Assembly: GCA_041736305.1 (NCBI GenBank)
Contig: JBGSTX010000238.1
Coordinates: 1-37,232 of the forward strand
Source of the DNA: Oligoflexus sp.
Lineage (GTDB): Bacteria > Bdellovibrionota_B > Oligoflexia > Oligoflexales > Oligoflexaceae
Reading direction: 5' to 3'
DNA: 37,232 bases
Part shown: positions 35,788-37,232 of the stretch, piece by piece
How the letters are laid out: each line of letters begins with the position of its first letter
Position numbering within the stretch: position 1 is the stretch's first letter
Translations under genes and position numbers: made by a program
Notes under the pieces: generated by a model
Database searches by the model: none
Told to the model about the DNA's origin: nothing
What the model saw: only the letters and a program-made list of their open reading frames with translations

Positions 35788-35816
35788 CGTTTCCATTTTT
35801 TGTATGCGGGGTACCT

Positions 35817-36140
35817 ATGAAGCGTAAGTATTTTAATTTTGTGGCTATTTTGAGTGGCATCCTCGTCAGCTCGCTCGCCATGGCTCAAGAAGGTGCAGCC
35901 AGCGGTTCAATGTCAGGTTCCGGCCTCATCGCTGTGGGCGCTGCTTTGGCGATTGGATTGGCTGCTCTTGGTGGTACGCTTGCTCAGGGTCGTGCCGCAG
36001 ACGCCGCACTTTCTGGTATTGCTCGTAACCCTACATCGGCTGATCGCGTGTTCACGCCAATGATCATCGCCCTTGCTCTGATCGAATTCCAAGCCATCAT
36101 GGGCTTTATCGTAGCGTTCCTTCTCTACGGAAAAGTCTGA
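35817..36140 (+). CDS. atpE: F0 ATP synthase subunit c with N-terminal signal-peptide-like extension
   Basis: Two TM helices, loop 'IARNP', conserved glutamate in 'ALIE'; follows atpB. Confidence 0.95.
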   Translation: MKRKYFNFVAILSGILVSSLAMAQEGAASGSMSGSGLIAVGAALAIGLAALGGTLAQGRAADAALSGIARNPTSADRVFTPMIIALALIEFQAIMGFIVAFLLYGKV

Positions 36141-36550
36141 GTTATATTGGTATACATAGTCTTCCTAGCAGATGAGTGTTCCACGTGGAACACTCAAGCC
36201 CTTCCTTGAGTACACCCCGCCAAATACCTTTATCTATTTTTGATGTTCCACGTGGAACATTTGAAAGACCAGTCACTATTTTCATGATTAAAAACTATAT
36301 GTTCCACGTGGAACATAGTGTCCGTTCGCGACCCGGCTGTGCGCCTCTCGAGATGTTCCACGTGGAACATTCGATCGCTTTTCTGTTGAACCGAAGTATC
36401 TATGTTCCACGTGGAACATTTTTATGAGTTTTGAACAAAATACTGCCTCGTGTTCCACGTGGAACATCATCTTTCCTGCCAAACAAGACATTTTTTATTA
36501 TTTAGGACAAAAACCAGGCGAATGTTCCACGTGGAACATCTCAACGGCAT

Positions 36551-36735
36551 ATTTCGACTAAAAAACGTCTTTTTCGACCAAATTTTGTGTTTTTCTTAGT
36601 TTTTGAGCAAATTTCACTCGAAAATAGAGAAAAAGCGTAGAAAAAGTCTGAAAATGGACATTTTCGATGAATTAAGACCGAAAAAGATGAATTTTGTTCG
36701 TCTAGAAGTGAAAATGGCAGAAAACTAGGCTTTTT
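36551..36735. other. Phased A/T-tract (predicted intrinsically curved) DNA with ~10-bp period
   Basis: A- or T-runs of 4-6 nt sit at the same register in 18 of 19 consecutive 10-bp blocks from 36551 to 36731. Only the block at 36701 lacks one. Confidence 0.8.
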
Positions 36736-36904
36736 GAGGGGAGCAATAGCGAGGAAATGTTCCACGTGGAACATTAGTTCGGTTTTTTCTGATTCTAAGA
36801 GTCGAAAAAACGCAAAATTAGCGAGTTTTTGCTGTATCGACACTGAAAGGTGTTTTTCCACCGAGATATGTTCCACGTGGAACATGTGGTTTTGATCATT
36901 TCTT

Positions 36905-37232
36905 CAATGTTCCACGTGGAACATCGGAGTCCACCTCTTCTGGCAATGTTCCACGTGGAACATCGGAGCCCAACCTTTGGCAATGTTCCACGTGGAACAT
37001 CAGGGCCCGACCTCTTTGGCAATGTTCCACGTGGAACATCCGGGCCCGACCTCTTTGGCAATGTTCCACGTGGAACATCCGGGCCCGACCTCTTTGGCAA
37101 TGTTCCACGTGGAACATCAGAGCCCGACCTCTTCTAGCAATGTTCCACGTGGAACATCGGATCCCGACCCTTTGGCAATGTTCCACGTGGAACATTGGAG
37201 TCTACCTCTTCTGGCAATGTTCCACGTGGAAC
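36905..37232 (+). repeat. ~39-bp tandem repeat (37-40 bp units), one parS per unit
   Basis: Consensus approximately CAATGTTCCACGTGGAACATCNGGGCCCGACCTCTTTGG; at least 8 full units, continuing past the window end. Confidence 0.93.

Larger units (their letters stand above)
36177..37232. repeat. parS: parS centromere array: 17 complete copies and 1 truncated copy of TGTTCCACGTGGAACA
   Basis: Sites start at 36177, 36244, 36300, 36354, 36403, 36451, 36523, 36758, 36869, 36908, 36947, 36984, 37023, 37062, 37101, 37141, 37179 and 37218 (truncated). Each is a perfect match to the ParB/Spo0J parS palindrome consensus, about 3.7 kb from oriC. Confidence 0.95.

Noticed and set aside
36176-37195. Short repeat ORFs containing MFHVEH, VPRGT or CSTWN
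   Set aside because: These are the three-frame translations of the parS palindrome and appear on both strands. The 37-, 38- and 40-bp units shift frame, so coding is not preserved.
36177-37232. CRISPR array (palindromic repeat with spacers)
   Set aside because: The repeat is only 16-18 bp and is exactly the parS consensus. Spacers vary from 21 to 219 bp and are homologous to one another in the right half. No cas genes are present and the locus is next to oriC.

Overview
Chromosomal origin region of a Gram-negative bacterium. The gene order and protein features suggest a Bdellovibrionota/Oligoflexia-like or deltaproteobacterial lineage (inference). From left to right: the 3' end of ftsK, a family 2 glycosyltransferase, a small secreted protein, a YyaL-like thioredoxin protein, a DUF985 cupin, gcvTHP, a metallo-beta-lactamase-fold hydrolase, a minus-strand pyrG-kdsD-lptCAB-rpoN-rapZ cluster, an uncharacterised lipoprotein plus beta-barrel pair, a long minus-strand run dnaA-[oriC]-dnaN-gyrB-gyrA-gatCAB-serine hydrolase-FAD oxidoreductase, and a divergent atpZ/I-atpB-atpE block. 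The non-coding DNA is the most remarkable part. (1) oriC lies between dnaA and dnaN and is built as a long, near-perfect inverted repeat of DnaA boxes next to a DUE, DnaA-trio and IHF-like module. (2) A centromere-like locus of more than 1 kb runs off the right end. It holds at least 17 perfect parS palindromes (TGTTCCACGTGGAACA) plus one truncated copy. It has three parts: an irregular parS cluster, a tract of A/T runs phased at about 10.0 bp (predicted strongly curved DNA), and a satellite-like ~39-bp tandem array in which the parS core is invariant while the spacers drift. No mobile elements, RNA genes or CRISPR arrays were recognised.
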